64,000 nt of DNA from Mobula hypostoma (taxonomy: Eukaryota). The stretch's first letter is position 1; the number at the start of each line of letters is the position of its first letter. A program made the position numbers and the translations under genes. The stretch spans positions 23,934,001 through 23,998,000 of the forward strand of contig NC_086109.1 in NCBI RefSeq assembly GCF_963921235.1, in the 5' to 3' direction. The notes below the pieces were generated by a model that worked only from the letters and a program-made list of their open reading frames with translations, searched no databases and was not told the origin of the DNA. Below, piece after piece: positions 26,501-40,479 of this stretch.

Positions 26501-28489
26501 CTACCCTAAGTGACGACAAATAACTGCCTTCCTGTCTTATAAATCTGACTCCCTCATTCAAGACTGACACTAATGGAAACAACCCCAGTTCGCCACCTTC
26601 TGCTGAGTGTAAGATCTGTTAAATGCTTTGAAGATTTTGTCACTTCCCTGTGCTGTACTCATGACAGGTGTAAGTTCCAAGAATCAACAATGAGATTCTG
26701 GATCCAAAACCATTCTAGTGATTCTAACTCCCGACAACTCTCCTGTTTTCTGCTGGTCTCTGCCAATCCACTTCAGCCACAAAACTATGGATGTCACCAG
26801 TCAAGTCCATCTAGCAACTGACCTTGGACAGCTACAATAGATGGTCCATTCAAGCAGATGAGTTTCCTATCTACCAATTAGATTTAAATCCTCCGGCTAT
26901 TTTGGGAAAAAAGCAAAGCAAAGAGAATCCAAGTCACCCCAGAGAAGAGACCATGAGCCAGGCATACAATTTCTGCAAACTTCCAGGATTTCTGAAAATG
27001 ATACACGCTTTTAAATAAAGTTAATTATAACACAGAAAGAAATGAGGATATTTTGACATGTATGACACAGTGGTTATAATCTTTTATGTGTTCCAGGATT
27101 ATGATGGTTTGCGATGTGCAATATATCAGGATTGATAATTAATTAGTGGTCATTACATTATTCATGATTCCACTTTCTATGATATAAATGACCTTTTTTA
27201 CTCAGCAATGCTAATGGTGTTGTCGTGGAAACTCTAATGTCTCATAATATTTCAATTTTTCCCTCCTTGTTTCAAAATGTCATGGAAACAATTAATCTTT
27301 AACTGCCTCCATCTGAAGGAAAAGAAAGCCCAAGATTTATAGCTTGTATATCCAGAGTTTTATTGGATCCCATACAACTGAGGAATCTCCAGTTGCTCGC
27401 CTCTGGGTCACATAATAGTTTTGTGTCCTTGCAGTCTGGCCCTTAATTCCTTATATCTTAAATCTGCTTATGTTCATTTCTCCTATTCCTTTTGACTTTG
27501 TGAAGCCTGTAGAATTGGAAAAAGTTTGTTCTTAGCTCTACCTACTCTTCTGCTAGATAAATCAGAGTTCCCGGATCTGTTAGTGTCAGTGGTGTAAACT
27601 ATCTGACGGTTAATAGGCATAAGAACAAATTAAGAGTATAGGAAAACTTCCACCTTCACTACTGAAGAAAAACAGGTTCATAGGACACCCAAGGCATAGC
27701 AGATTATTAAATATGTTGTAGTCCCTGCTCCAATCTGTCTCATTCCATTCTTTCAAGAAGGGACCTGGAGAAACATTGCACAACAGTAAACATAAAACTC
27801 CTTTTCAACCTTTCTACATCTAACTTTGATACTTAAGGGGGGCAATGGATGGCTCAAAGAAGGCTGTGCTATCAACTCATATGCAGAACAGTAATCAGCT
27901 CTGTACAGTCAACAAACTTCTTCCTCACTGTATTCATAGAAAGATGTTTGAATGATGTGAGAGCGGGTCACCGGGATCCTACTGGCAGAACCAGCTGAAC
28001 AGAATAAAGCTGAGGCAACTTCTTATTCGCATACTATTGGCTGACCAGAAGATTGAGTCATTGGACTAATTGATCAATGCAAATATTTGGAGATAGGGTA
28101 GCAAAGGTTCTTCTGTTACACAAGTGTAACAGTATTAGATCCACATTGAAAATAAAGATATTTAGAATCTCACTCCGAGCAGTGACCAGACAGTAACTCA
28201 GTTAAGTGGTAATTTGACAATATCATTTCTTGTGTAAATCAGTCCACTCAGAGCCCGTGACTCCCCTGCTTTCCTTCAACTACATCACTGCTCACCAATA
28301 GAAACTCAGTTTTCAGTTTGGTGCATTAAAATTCAAATGCACCAAAGTTTGGCTAAAATTCAAACAAATTCAAAAGCTTCTTCATTGGTTGTAAATCACT
28401 TTGGGAATATTCTGAGGTGGTAAAGGTGATACTTAAATACAGTTTTTTCCCCTGCCCTACCAAGCTCTACCACCCAGCAACCCCTGATT

Positions 28490-28703
28490 TAATCTTAACC
28501 TAATCATGGGACAATTGACAACGATCAATTAAGCTATTAACCGGCACATTTTTGGAAATGTGGGAGGAAACTGAAGCACTGAAAAGAGGTCGACACGGTC
28601 ATGGGGGGAACGTACAAACTCCTTACAGGCAGCAGTGGGAATTGAACCCAGGTTGCCTGTAATGTAAAGTGTTGTGCTAACCACTATGCTACCATGCTGC
28701 CCC
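28490..28703 (-). mobile_element. tRNA-derived V-SINE (HE1-like)
   Basis: Minus strand ggcagcatggtagcatagtggttagc (A box), gggttcaattccc (B box), V-domain gagtttgtacgttccccc...cagtttcctcccaca. Confidence 0.85.
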
Positions 28704-29089
28704 CTATTTCTACCAATATTTTCTCCCTCCCATCTCTCTAGCTTCTTCTGTACGTGGAATAAGACACAGAGTGACATGCTGGATTTTCTGTTTGTGAATA
28801 TTCGGTATATCACAATAGCTGTACTATAACTTTTCACCATATGCTGGAATCTCAATTGCTTCATGCTCACAGACCCTTCCCAGGAATGCTTCAAGATCAT
28901 CCTATGGAATCGTACTTTCAGTTCACAGTATCCACGTGCAGCGATACTGCTTTCAAACATAGTGCTAGGTCAGAGAAACAAACCAACACAAGTCTGGGCT
29001 TCAGTTGAGTTTGGCTCTTTCCAATTTCTGTATGAAGAATTCTGCTTACCGAAATACTGCTTTCTTCTACTTCACTTAGAGAGGAAACA

Positions 29090-29443
29090 ATGCTTAGGCC
29101 TACATAGAGTGGACGTGGAGAAGATGTTTCCAATAGTGGGGAGCCTAGGACCACAGCGTACAGTCTCAGATAGATGGACGTCCCTTTAGAACAGAGATTT
29201 TTTTTTTAGCCCTTGGGTGGTAAATCTGTGGAATTCATTGCCACAGATGGCTGTGGAGGCCAAGTTATTAGGTATACGTAAGGTGGAGTTTGGTAGGTTC
29301 TTGATTCATAAGTGCGCCAAAGATTACAGGGAGAAGGCAGGGAAGTGGGGTTGAGAGGAAAAATAAATCAGCCATGATGGAATGGAGGAGCAGACGTGAT
29401 GGGCTAAGTGATCTAATTCTGCTCCTTTGTCTTATGGTCTTAG
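29090..29443 (+). mobile_element. CR1 LINE 3' end
   Basis: LHRVDVEKMFPIVG, 'gtggtaaatctgtggaattcattgcc', 3' tail 'tctgctcctttgtcttatggtct'. Confidence 0.85.
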
Positions 29444-29499
29444 TACCATTTCTGGCAAAATCCCGTGGTGAGATGCCAAATACTTGAAATTGAGATGGT

Positions 29500-31678
29500 T
29501 GGGAGGAGAATGAGATGGCTTCCATTCTGAGCATCACCCACATGGAATTTGTGGTCAAGCCCAGGAATTAGACACGTATTACATTCTGGCTGATCTGGAT
29601 TACACTGGCTTTGACACATCCTGTTGGTCAGTAACTTCACAGCAATGCTACTCAGTCACACTCATCTAAATGAAGAATCAAGTGGCCCCTCCACCTTTAA
29701 CCCAGCATTCCATTCTAGGAATTAGCTACACGAGCATTCCAACAACCAGAAACAAGAATGCAGCGGTCCAGTTTCTGAACAAAGATGCACTCAAGATATT
29801 GTTTTGTAAAATGGGTTAGTTTTGTGCAACTTCTTTCGTTATTTTCCATTGGAGGAAACTAGGTAATGTTCCATCCTGTTTACAGTCCTTACCCCCACAT
29901 CTATCACCCTGCTCCGGGCAACATGCCTCTCCCCATCCCCCCCATCCCACCACTGTTGTCTTCTTTCTTGCCTCGGCAGACTACTGACTGAGAAAAAAAA
30001 TAACCTGTAAAATCTATGTTGATGATGTCAATTGGAAGAATTGTAGTTTTCCTGCTGATTCACCTGTTCTCACTTGTAACCTGTCCTTGTAGAAAATCAT
30101 AGTTTGTACATTGCTCAGTCTGCATCATGCCACAGAGGAATACTGCAAATATGTCATATTTCTTTTTGGTGATAGAAATTGCTTGGTGCATTTGCATTAA
30201 TTAAATAATCAATGCTGATTTCAATACAAGGAAATGAATGAGCAAAAGCTACAACTGGGTGATATTATAATCATTCTTTGGGAAATTTGGTTTATCAAGA
30301 TCCTTTCAAAATAGCATTACCTGTGATTTTGTTGAGGTTGGTTGAACAATTATCAATAAGCATCTTTTCCCTCCTGCCCTCCTAATTAGTCTTTCCAAAT
30401 GTGTTCCATCAACCCCACCCTCTATCCTATCTACTCCTGCCTATTCTTCCTCTCCCCTCCCTTTCTTTCCCTTACTGAGTCCTTCCACCAGTCCTCCCTT
30501 CTGCTTTCTTCGCCTGCTCTTTGTAAGTCCACATGTCCAGTCTGTCCCCTGGCATTAATTCAGTTCTCCATTTGTTCTGCACAAGTTTATCAATGGGCGC
30601 CAATACCAATAATCTTGGACCTTCTGGTACAAAGAAAAGTATCAGTCAACTTGAGTGGGAGGAATAACAACAAAGTTCAGACAGAAGCAACAGAAGACAT
30701 ATTTGCCCTTCCATTCAAAGTTTTGAATACTTAAGTAGATTTATATACTGCCCTTAAACCTTCATGGGTTTGATATATAGAAAAAAAGAATTCAGCTTTA
30801 GAACATTGTGCCTGGAAAAATGAAGTCACCCCTTGTCCACTTGGTTCTCTAAACATTTTCTCTGCAGTTGTACCTTTGATTAGGTCTCCGTCAACAGAAT
30901 CTGATCTTCAATCATTTACAACATAACGTTTAAGTAGGAAAGTTTTAAAGGGTTCATCATTTTCTCTGCCCTCCCCTTCCAAGACACATTGTTGCTCACC
31001 ACCCTCCCGCCCCACCCCGTTACTCTGACCCGATATAAACACAAAAGCTAAAATAGCAGTGGAAGTTTAAAGACATTAACGCTGTCCTGGGTGGATCGTT
31101 CATTTGGATCTCCTCAGATGTTAACTCAAGTGAGTGGGTTCAGATATCCCACAAACAGTTCTGCAGTTACCCTCTGCATAAATACAATGTGCCTGTTGAG
31201 CTATCTACAGCATTGAATAGAAAATATTCAAATTGAGGTACCTTTAAAGCAGGTTGAAAATGTCTGTTTTTTTTTGGCCCTAATGGTGAATAAGCAACAT
31301 TATTCACATCACAGGCCTGTGGTGACTACCTGCCAGTTCAGAAGACTAGTAGCCATCTCTGTATTAGCGGCAAAACATTTGGGAAGAAAAGGAAGAAAAT
31401 AATAGTCATCAGCTTCACTTCAAAAATTTGGAGCTGTTCAATCTACACCCAACAAATTGGTTTGTGTTCCATAGCTCCATTATTAGAGGACAATCAGAAT
31501 TGCGGTTGGAAACTTTGAGTATATGTTGGCATTGAAGAGCTGGCTCCTTGGCTTCATCCCTCAGTCCAGATGAGTCAGGACCAGGAGTTGTTGTTGGGTG
31601 GATGTGCAGGTGAGAGGTCTGACCCTGTTTTGTTTTTATCTTTTTTTTAAAAATGACTTGAAGTGCTCGAGTTCCATT
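29500..31678 (-). other. foxp4: Probable foxp4 3' UTR (distal end undefined)
   Basis: About 2 kb directly after the stop codon with no recognisable transposon. No clear AATAAA was found, so the lower boundary is a guess. Confidence 0.5.
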
Positions 31679-31823
31679 CTATTCCAATTCTTCTGTTGTT
31701 AGCTCCTCCTCCATCTCTCTAGCTTCCTGCATTTCTGAATTCACATTGGCTGCTGCGATGAGAGAGACAGGCGGGTCATCCTCCTCCAGCTCTGCGGGCT
31801 CTTCCTTGATGTGCACTTGGTGT
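31679..31823 (-). CDS. foxp4: Forkhead box P4, last coding exon with stop codon
   Basis: Acceptor ttttttcccatctcaacgtag|, phase 2. Translates (G)HQVHIKEEPAELEEDDPPVSLIAAANVNSEMQEAREMEEELTTEELE*, including the FOXP [IV]KEEP SUMO-consensus motif; TAG at 31681-31679. Confidence 0.95.
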
Positions 31824-31973
31824 CTACGTTGAGATGGGAAAAAATGGAACGATCTGTAACAACAGGCTGGAAAATACTTCAATTGATTTAAGGTGCTTTC
31901 CATTAATTTACACATAGACCATGAAAGAGAGAAAGTAGTGCATTTATATGGTACTTTACATGTATAGAAGTGA

Positions 31974-32522
31974 GACCTCCCAGTGCCCACCCATTTTAAT
32001 TCCACTTCTCATTCCTATTCCGACATGTCCTTCCATGTCCTCCCCTACTGTCGTGATGAGGCCACACTCAGACTGGAGGAGCAACATCTTATATTCTGTC
32101 TGGGTATGCTCCAACCTGATGGCATGAACATCGACTTCTCAAACTTCTGATAATTCCCCCACTTCTATTCCCCATCCCCTTTTCCCTCTCTCACTTTATC
32201 TCCTTGCCTGCCCAACTTGTCCCTCTGGTGCTCCCCCTGCTTTTTCTTCCTTCCATGGACTTCTGTCCTTTCCTATTAGATTCCCCCTTCTCCAGCCCTG
32301 TATCTCTTTCACCAATCAACTTCCCAGTTCTTTAGTTCACCCCTCCTCCCTCCCAGTTTCACCTATCACCCTACATTTCTTCCTCCCCTCCCTTCTAACT
32401 CTGACCCCTCATCTTTTTTTTTCTCCAGTCCTGCTGAAGGGTCTCGGCCTGAAACGTCGACTGTACTCTTTCCTTAGATGCTGCCTGGCCTGCTGAGTTC
32501 CTCCAGAATTTTGTGTGTGTTG
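31974..32522 (+). mobile_element. Penelope-like retroelement 3' end (GIY-YIG endonuclease C-terminus, UTR, hammerhead motif)
   Basis: 31974-32150 translates DLPVPTHFNSTSHSYSDMS...EATLRLEEQHLIFCLGMLQPDGMNIDFSNF*. Pyrimidine-rich UTR follows, then CAGTC-CTGCTGA-AGGGTCTCGGCCT-GAAAC-GTC-GACTG at 32426-32463. Confidence 0.88.
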
Positions 32523-32969
32523 ATTAATTCCAGGTACTTTTCAACTCTAATCAGTGCCATCAAGTAGAAAATACTGCTTCCGTGGGTACTTTTATCACAC
32601 ATTGACACAGATTGAAGGGTCCAGCTGATGGTTAATTCTGAGTTAGCAGCTTAGACCACAGAACAAAGGAAACTCCTTAAAGCCAAGTGGTTGCATGGGA
32701 TATCGGCTGAAGGCAGATTCAGCTTGCACAGGAAGCATCTCCAACCTACGTGATGGATAATAGGTAATGGAAGGGGACAGGAATCCACAGATGGGCTGAC
32801 AATCATTAGAACAAGACTGCACTAACAACGATGGTTTACAAATTATAGTTAAAGCACGAGGGACCCCAGAGTGTGGATATATTTTTGTATCCCTTAAGGT
32901 GAAATGAGCCTTAGTTCCTTGAAAAACATACAACTAAATCCAAATAAAGAATGATGGGCATAACTTTGG

Positions 32970-33352
32970 AGAGGTGCAGACAGCCCAGCGCATCTGTAGT
33001 TGTGAACCTCCCATGATTCAGGACATTTACAAGGACAAGTGTGTGAAAAGGGCCCGTAGGATCACTGGAGACCCAAGTCATCCCGATCACAGTCTATTCC
33101 AGCTGCTACCGTCCGGGAGGCCGTACCGCAGCATAAAAGCCAGGAGCAACAGGCTCTGGGACAGCTTCTTCCACCAGGCCATCAGACAGATTAATTCACG
33201 CTGAGATGAGTGTACTCGATATTACATTGACTGTTCTGTTTATTATAAATTACTATATAATGCGCATTGCACATTTAGATGGAGATGTAACGTAAAGATT
33301 TTTACTCCTCATGTATGTGAAGGATGTAAGAAGTAAAGTCAATTCAATTCAT
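32970..33352 (+). mobile_element. Rex1/Babar-type LINE 3' end
   Basis: VQTAQRI...DPSHPDHSLFQLLPSGRPYRSIKARSNRLWDSFFHQAIR followed by a (caatt)n tail. Confidence 0.85.
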
Positions 33353-34610
33353 TCCAGTAAGTAAACATCTCTTAGATGGATAAGGGCTGAACTTCATTAC
33401 TGTCCACTTAGAATAGTTTGTTCAATCAATAATTAATATTCATACCTCCTCTCAAAGAAAACACTATCACCTCACAGAAAGTAAGAACATGCCCTAAGTT
33501 GATCAGTATTTAACATTGGCACATAGACCCTCCTACAGCTCAAATGGCATCGTTCCAGGCATGCTTGCTCCTTATTCTCCAACCTGCTTATGTAGCTGAT
33601 GTGCACCTTCTGCCACTGAGAATTCTATTCGCCCATTCAATCCGTGGCCATGTTACACCCTGTTCTATTACGGGCTACAAATCCTGACAGAATGTCCTGA
33701 ACATGCGCTCACCTCATCCTCAAACGCGATCCAACAAAATACCACCAGCTCTCCATCCTCAATCCTAATCAATCCAAACGTTTCAAGATCATTATTTGAT
33801 GGGGAATTTATTTTGCGTAATGCCAGAAGAGGATCCAATTGGCAGTCCATCCATATTACACATTAACATTCTTCCCGCCTAAGTGACCTTCCCAAATGGT
33901 GATGAATGAGGGACACTCTTGCACTGTGCAATTTATTCTCAGAATTTGGTAACATATTTTTATAGACAGAAGTCTTAGCCATTTGTGTTGAATGTGTACC
34001 CAAGAACCCTCAATGAAACCTTGTGTTCAACGTCCTCACTGACTAATTCATCTTTATTTACAATCAAAGAATATGCTTCAAAATTCCTTTCAGACATAAT
34101 TCCGTCTTACTTTGGAGACCTCCAAAAGCAGAATGAATCTTCAAAATCACTGCACTCTTCCAAAATGGTTGTCCTGTGAATATCTGATTATTGTAACTGC
34201 CACTGTCCTTTGTAGTGTCAGCTTCCTAAATCCTCAAATTTGGAATTCATTCCTTGAATCTCTTTAGTTCCCCTGTTGAAGGGTCTCAGCCCAAAACATT
34301 GACTCTTTATAACCTCTCCATAGATGCTGCCTGACCTGCTGAGCTCCTCCAGCATTTTGTGTGTTACTCTTCAGTAGATATTCCTTCTTAGATCGTGCTT
34401 TTAACCAATCATTTCTCACCAGTTCCACTACTTCCTCCCATGGCTCTGCGTTAAGTTCTACCCGATTCACCACACAAGTAGCACCCTGAATTATATGACA
34501 CAAATGCAGATTATTGCCATTCTGTCTGGTATTTTACCATGTAAGGCCTCCATTGTATCGCAGTGCACAATCGCCAGGCCCAGCCCAAAGCCTGTGAAAT
34601 TGAATCATAC

Positions 34611-34774
34611 CCGTGCTGTTGAGGGGAGAGCCCTGGACTGCTGCTTCCATTGCTGTTCACTTGCTCCACAGTGCTGCTGACATCATCGTGACCCACGTGC
34701 ATCAGGCCGCTGGCTGATGTGTTCATTAAGGTCGGGCTGTTGAGCAGCTGCATGTTGCTTTCAGCCAAAGCTGC
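34611..34774 (-). CDS. foxp4: Forkhead box P4, penultimate coding exon
   Basis: 164-bp exon, cctcttctccag|...|gtatga, phase 0/2. Translates AALAESNMQLLNSPTLMNTSASGLMHVGHDDVSSTVEQVNSNGSSSPGLSPQQH(G). Confidence 0.93.
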
Positions 34775-37282
34775 CTGGAGAAGAGGGACAGAAGGTTGAT
34801 TAACAGTTAATGTGGTTTAAGGTTATTTACCTTTCTGAATGCAGAGATTTACAGTCTCACTATCTCATGGAGTAGTTGAGGCAAATAGCTGAAGAGAACC
34901 TGAATACATATTTGCAGGAGGAAGAAATGGAAGAAAACATTCTGCAGTTCTTTTGGAAACATATAGATATCAGGAGCATTACTGAGAGCATTACAGTTCC
35001 TCACATCTGCCCTGTCACACATCAAGACAATGTTTACAATCACATGCCTAAAGTGATCTCTGCCTTGAATCCGTGCATCTACTGGTCATTCACTTCCCTT
35101 TGGGATGGGGAATTTAGCATTCTCACAATTCTCTGAGCAAAGAAATTTTACTTCATCTCAGTTCTAAACATCTTGGTTTCTGATCTGACTTTAATGATTT
35201 AGACCTTAAGACATAGGAGCAAAATGAGGCCTCTTGGCCCATTGAGTGTGCTCCACCATTTGATCATGGCTAATTTACTTTCTCTCTCAACCCCATTCTC
35301 CTGCCTTCACCTCACAACCTTTGATGCTCTTACTAACTAATACCTATGAACATCCACTTTAAATATACCCAATGATCTTTGGCCTTTATATCCTTACATC
35401 CCACCTACAACTTCCTGTATAGGATTATATTGTGAACAAGTCTGGATATATTATACTTGATCCCCAATACAACTTATTGAAAATAGTTTATAAATAGCTT
35501 CATCACTGATCCTTCCTGGTCTAAGTAGTGAATTATCCCTCCATGTTCTAATCCTTAATCACATGATAAGAAGCTTTTTATCAAAAGTTTTCTGAACATT
35601 CACATTTAATATATACACTTATTACTCCTTATCTGCCCTGCCAGTTACACTCTCAAAAACACTCCAATAGATTTGCCCTTTTATAAGATCTCTACATCTT
35701 GACTCAGTAAAAGAAGGAATCTGATAGAGACCTTTATGATTATAATTATGAAAGCGTAAAGAAGGCATCTCTGGGAGGCTAAAACAGATTATTTTTCATA
35801 ATTACTCAACTCGGGTGATCATTACTAGACACAGTAGGGAATTCAGGTGAAACTAGTGATGAAGAATAATAAAAAATGGTCTTTCCCCTGACAAATATCC
35901 ACAACTCTTCCCTTTGCAGAGTGTGCAGGAGAAAGCAGTCAATATATAACCACCTCACCTCCTACCCACCATCATCCCACAACACACCTCCTCTTCCTTC
36001 CACGTCTGCACTTAGCTTCCATAGGCTCATGTTGCTGTAATGTGTGTTCAGGCGTAAAGACCTGAAGCTCCAAGGGCTGTTACATCTGTAGGATGGGAGA
36101 TCATCAAAACTGAACACTGCTGTGCAAACACTGATCAATCCCTGGTTAATAGTCACTTGCCTCTCAGCCCAAGTTTAACCTCATTCTAAGCATTTAGAAT
36201 AATAATTACTCCAGTGTAAGGCACAGCAGTGCTTGAGAGGAGCTCCCTGTAGTCACCCTATTATGCAGATGATCTGGCACCTTCTAGTGGCAGGACCTAG
36301 TACTGCAGCACTGCCAGTAAACTCATAGGGTAGAACTCCTCCCCTTGTTGAGTGACTTTTGCACTAAATACCCCATGGTAAGTTCATGAAAATATTAGAC
36401 TTATTCCAGCTATGTGATAATCCATTTATCTTCTCAAAATAAGGGATAAAGGACCGAGAACATGTTGTCCATCTTTCAACTATTGAAGCAGTATTTTTTA
36501 CCCAAGCCGATACTTGCTTTGAAGCATGGATTGAAATATTCAGCCCCCCTCACCATGGTACAACTCACTAAATAGGAATAATTTCAAAATACTTTCTCTG
36601 ATCCTGCATAAAGAAACATCGCATTTGTGCTGTGCTGTAGTAGTCCATGACTTCAGTCAACATAGGGGTTAATTCTTCAGTTATAAAAATACTTCATATG
36701 CTGAACCAGTTTCATCAGAAGCCATGGGAGAGAGCTGGAGTTTCAAAGCTGTCTGACCCTGGGAAACTCCTGATTAGTGGAAACACACCTAGCGATCATT
36801 TATCATGAAGGTTATTTGGCTCCTAAGTTGGAATGCTGCAGTGCATTTTAAAGAAGACTTTCAACTTTCCATGTCTATTATGATGTTTTAAAATGAGAAA
36901 AAAACCTGGAAGATATCAGCAGTGATTCACGGGAGTCAGAAAAATATCCCAATTTTTAAGATGCAGCTGGATTATTTTTGTGAAAGTGCAGAAGAAAGCT
37001 ATAAGGGTTAATAACAGCCTGAATCTCTTTCTCTACACTCTATTTTTCCTGTTTTTTACTTCACCCCCTTTCTCTCACTCTCAGTCAGTCAAATTTTCTC
37101 TGGTTCCCTCCTTCTGACGCTGTATCCCTCATGTCTACCTTTGTTTCCACATCACTGTCTTTCTCTGTCTAGCCATGTTCACCTGTCTTTTCTATAGCAT
37201 CCACTTTCTCTCTTCATCTCAGTTTCTCATTCTATTTCTTAACAACTCTTTGTGTCTGTTTGTGTCCCTGCCCTTTTCTCTT

Positions 37283-37284
<2 letters not shown>

Positions 37285-37355
<71 letters not shown>
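37285..37355. repeat. (CT)n microsatellite, interrupted
   Basis: Directly visible. Confidence 0.95.
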
Positions 37356-37358
<3 letters not shown>

Positions 37359-38384
37359 AGTCTCTTCATCTCCTCTTAAGATAAATTGGCACAAACTATA
37401 AAAACAATTGATGATACTAAGTGATGACTTCTCTGTTACGTCCTTGATATGCATTAATCCAATTGCACAAATAAATCAGCCCCTGGTACTAATCACACTG
37501 CATATGTGAGTAGGGATTGGGTTGGATCTGAATGCATGGAACTGCTGAATAGACGGTGAAGTGCAGTCTGCCTCCTGTGAGTTATCTGAGGCTTTCAGTG
37601 TTCATAGGTTCAAAGGTTCATTTTATTATCAAAATATACAACTCTGAAATTCTTCTTCTCCAGATAGCCATGAAACCAAGAAAGGGACATATTGACCCCC
37701 AAATCACCCCTCACCACACACATAAAAAAACAAGAAAGATTGGGCGAAAAACACCGTATAAAAAAAAACTCAAAAAAAATCTACGGTCCAAGTCCGTATC
37801 CAAATCGCAGAAAACCTGGGTAGCACTCTTCGGGTCCAGCACCAGGCCTTTCCCTCTCCATAGCAGAGCGATCTCACCAGCATTGCCACCTGCTGCCCAG
37901 AAGCAACCAAAACTTGCCCTTTCTTTTCCTGACACCTCACTTCCAAAGTTCTTTTCAAACACTGATTGATTCACACGTTACCAGTGGGCTATAGTAGTCC
38001 ACCAGACTGTTTCACACAACTTCTCACAAGAGTTCTGTCTTCATTATTTCCTGCTGTTGGTGCCACGTGGGGGAGAGGGGGGCTGAGATGCAGGGATTAT
38101 TCCGAGCAAGCCTACTCCTGATGATACAATCACATAAGATGCCATTTGGGCCATCCGTGCCTGCATGTTTAAATTGTGATTTGATCACTCTCACATCCGT
38201 GCTTTATCTCTAATATACTTGGAAACTTCTCAGTCCTGCATGAATTAAACTACTGGAGACATGAGAGGATTTCAAATTATAAATGGTTTCCCTTTCCCAT
38301 ACAAGTGAAGAATCACAGAATGGAAAGAGGCCCTTTGGCCCACAGAGTCCATGCTGACCCATCAACTCCCATTTGCACTGATCC

Positions 38385-38660
38385 AAGGATGGACACCTTG
38401 CTGTGGTAGAGAGACTTGTGAGTTCCTGAGATCCCGAGACAGATCTCATCAGGAGGTCAGTTCCTGGTAGGGCGACCCATAGTGGTAAGCTCAAGGGGGA
38501 GGTTCTAGACAAAGAGCGATCCAACCAAAACTGCAACAGTGGAGCAGATGGATGATACATCTCAAGGGCAGTGAAGGCAGAGGAAGGCTGCAGCAGTGAA
38601 AGGTCCCCATTCATCCTGCATGACATGCAGCTGGACCCTGATCATGTGGACCATACATCA
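38385..38660 (+). mobile_element. RTE-clade element 5' end fragment
   Basis: caccttgctgtggt..agagacttgtg...cctggtagggcgaccca...ggggaggttctagacaaa resembles RTE (Expander/Rex3-like) 5' UTRs. Confidence 0.55.
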
Positions 38661-38789
38661 GCTTCCCCCATTTAAAAAAGTCACGTGCTGGTACCAGCCC
38701 CTGAGGAGAATATTATTCCCGGTTCAAGTGATTGCACTATTACACTGATCTCATTTCAAACTTCTCATATTCTCATCAACCCCCTCTGG

Positions 38790-38990
38790 CCTCCACAAAC
38801 ACAGTGTAACCTAGTCCGGCCGGTTAATGTGCCAACCTACACAGATTTGGGATGTGGAAAGAAACCGGAGTACCCAGAGGAAACACACATGGTCGAAAGG
38901 AACGCATGCAAACACCACAGGGACAGAACCAGAGGTCAGGACAAAACCCAGATCGCTGGAGCTGAGAGGCTTAGCAACACCATGCCACTC
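38790..38990 (-). mobile_element. V-SINE
   Basis: tgtggaaagaaaccggagtacccagaggaaacacac is the reverse complement of the V-domain. Further copies at about 53490-53672 (-) and 60470-60700 (+). Confidence 0.75.
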
Positions 38991-40479
38991 TGTGTTATTA
39001 TGCAGTGAAGGATAGACGCTACTTCCACAGTAGGAGATCCCTTTCTGCTCACTCTTTCCTCACCATCGCCTGAGACTAGCTCAGTGCCCCCACATTCCTG
39101 ACACCAGGAAACAATGACTCCAGAGGATTCCTAACTCCAATCACAGCTATTGCTCCCTCTAAGCTGTGTGGGTGCACAGCCGTGCAGTAGCTGAAATGAA
39201 CTTCCTCTTTCAGGAATGGCCTGGACACGCTTCTACTTATAATCCATGTTCAAAGTCTATCATTTCCACTGTCCATTCATCTCCACGTGTCCAGTTCTGT
39301 GATACATCTAATTTCATTGAGTGTCAGCAATGAAGGCTTAGTTTTAATCTAACGTCACTATTTTGTGTCGCCCATCAGGCCTTATCTCACGGCAACACCT
39401 TTATTTTCTTCTTATTAAATCTCCCTAGCCTTGAATGTTCCTCCTTGTTTCCCAGAATTCTTGCTCCTGGGAACGAGTCAGTGTACACTTTCTTGGACAA
39501 GGGTGCCTGCCACTAATCAGTTTCCTGAAGAGAATACTTTCTCACTAACAAACGATATAGTGTTTGTTTTCTCCAAATTCTATCTCATGGTTCTTTTTCC
39601 CATCTGGCTATGTATAGAATATTTGTCCATCATTATCATTCTGTCTAACTGCCACTGACCCTGAAGAGTAGGACCTGAGGAAATTCCATTAGACATAGGA
39701 CATAGGAGCAGAATTATGCCATTCAGCCCATCGAGTTTGCTCCACTGTCTTCCCTTGCATTATTCTCTTCAAAACTATCTCCTCTCCCAAATTCACTAGA
39801 TAGATCTATCAAACAACATCAGTGCTTTAGCCAACATCCCAATATTGATCAACACACAGAGAAAGGAATTCTCAGCCAGAAACGTTGTGTGTTTATTTCC
39901 CTCCGTGAAGAATCTCTTGTATCTCACTATTGAGGTTGTAGTTACCTTTAGTTACTGTAAATGCCATGTTGCCTGTGTGTATACCTCACCCGAAACTGAC
40001 GCTCAGTTCCAAGCTCAGCCGTGGACATAAACCACTTGCGGGGGGGGGGGCAGGAACAGAGAGAATGATTCAACAAAGCTTAGAGCTTCCCTGAGGAAAT
40101 GCAGCATCTCCACTGAGTATTGGGAATCTCAGACTCAGGACTATTGATGGAAGAGGAGGAGGACTTAGGAGGAGGACTTGGAATGAAATTGAGAACCTTG
40201 AATCCGTGAATAAGGAACACACAAAGGCCCTACATAGGTGACAGGAGGAGGAATTATTCTCACAAATTACCACCCACCCGCCTGAACAGCCACTACCGTC
40301 CCCATCTAAGCAAGAGTCTGTGGATTTCATTTCAGCCTCACTGGCCACCTCAGACCCCGCAGAAACAAAATGGAAGCACGCCACTCTTCACCCCTAAGGA
40401 CTGCCTAGCATGAAGAAGAAGGCAGAAAGACGTGTTGCAGCCTTTTACCGCTGATATTAGAGCCCCAGTAAGGAAGCTC

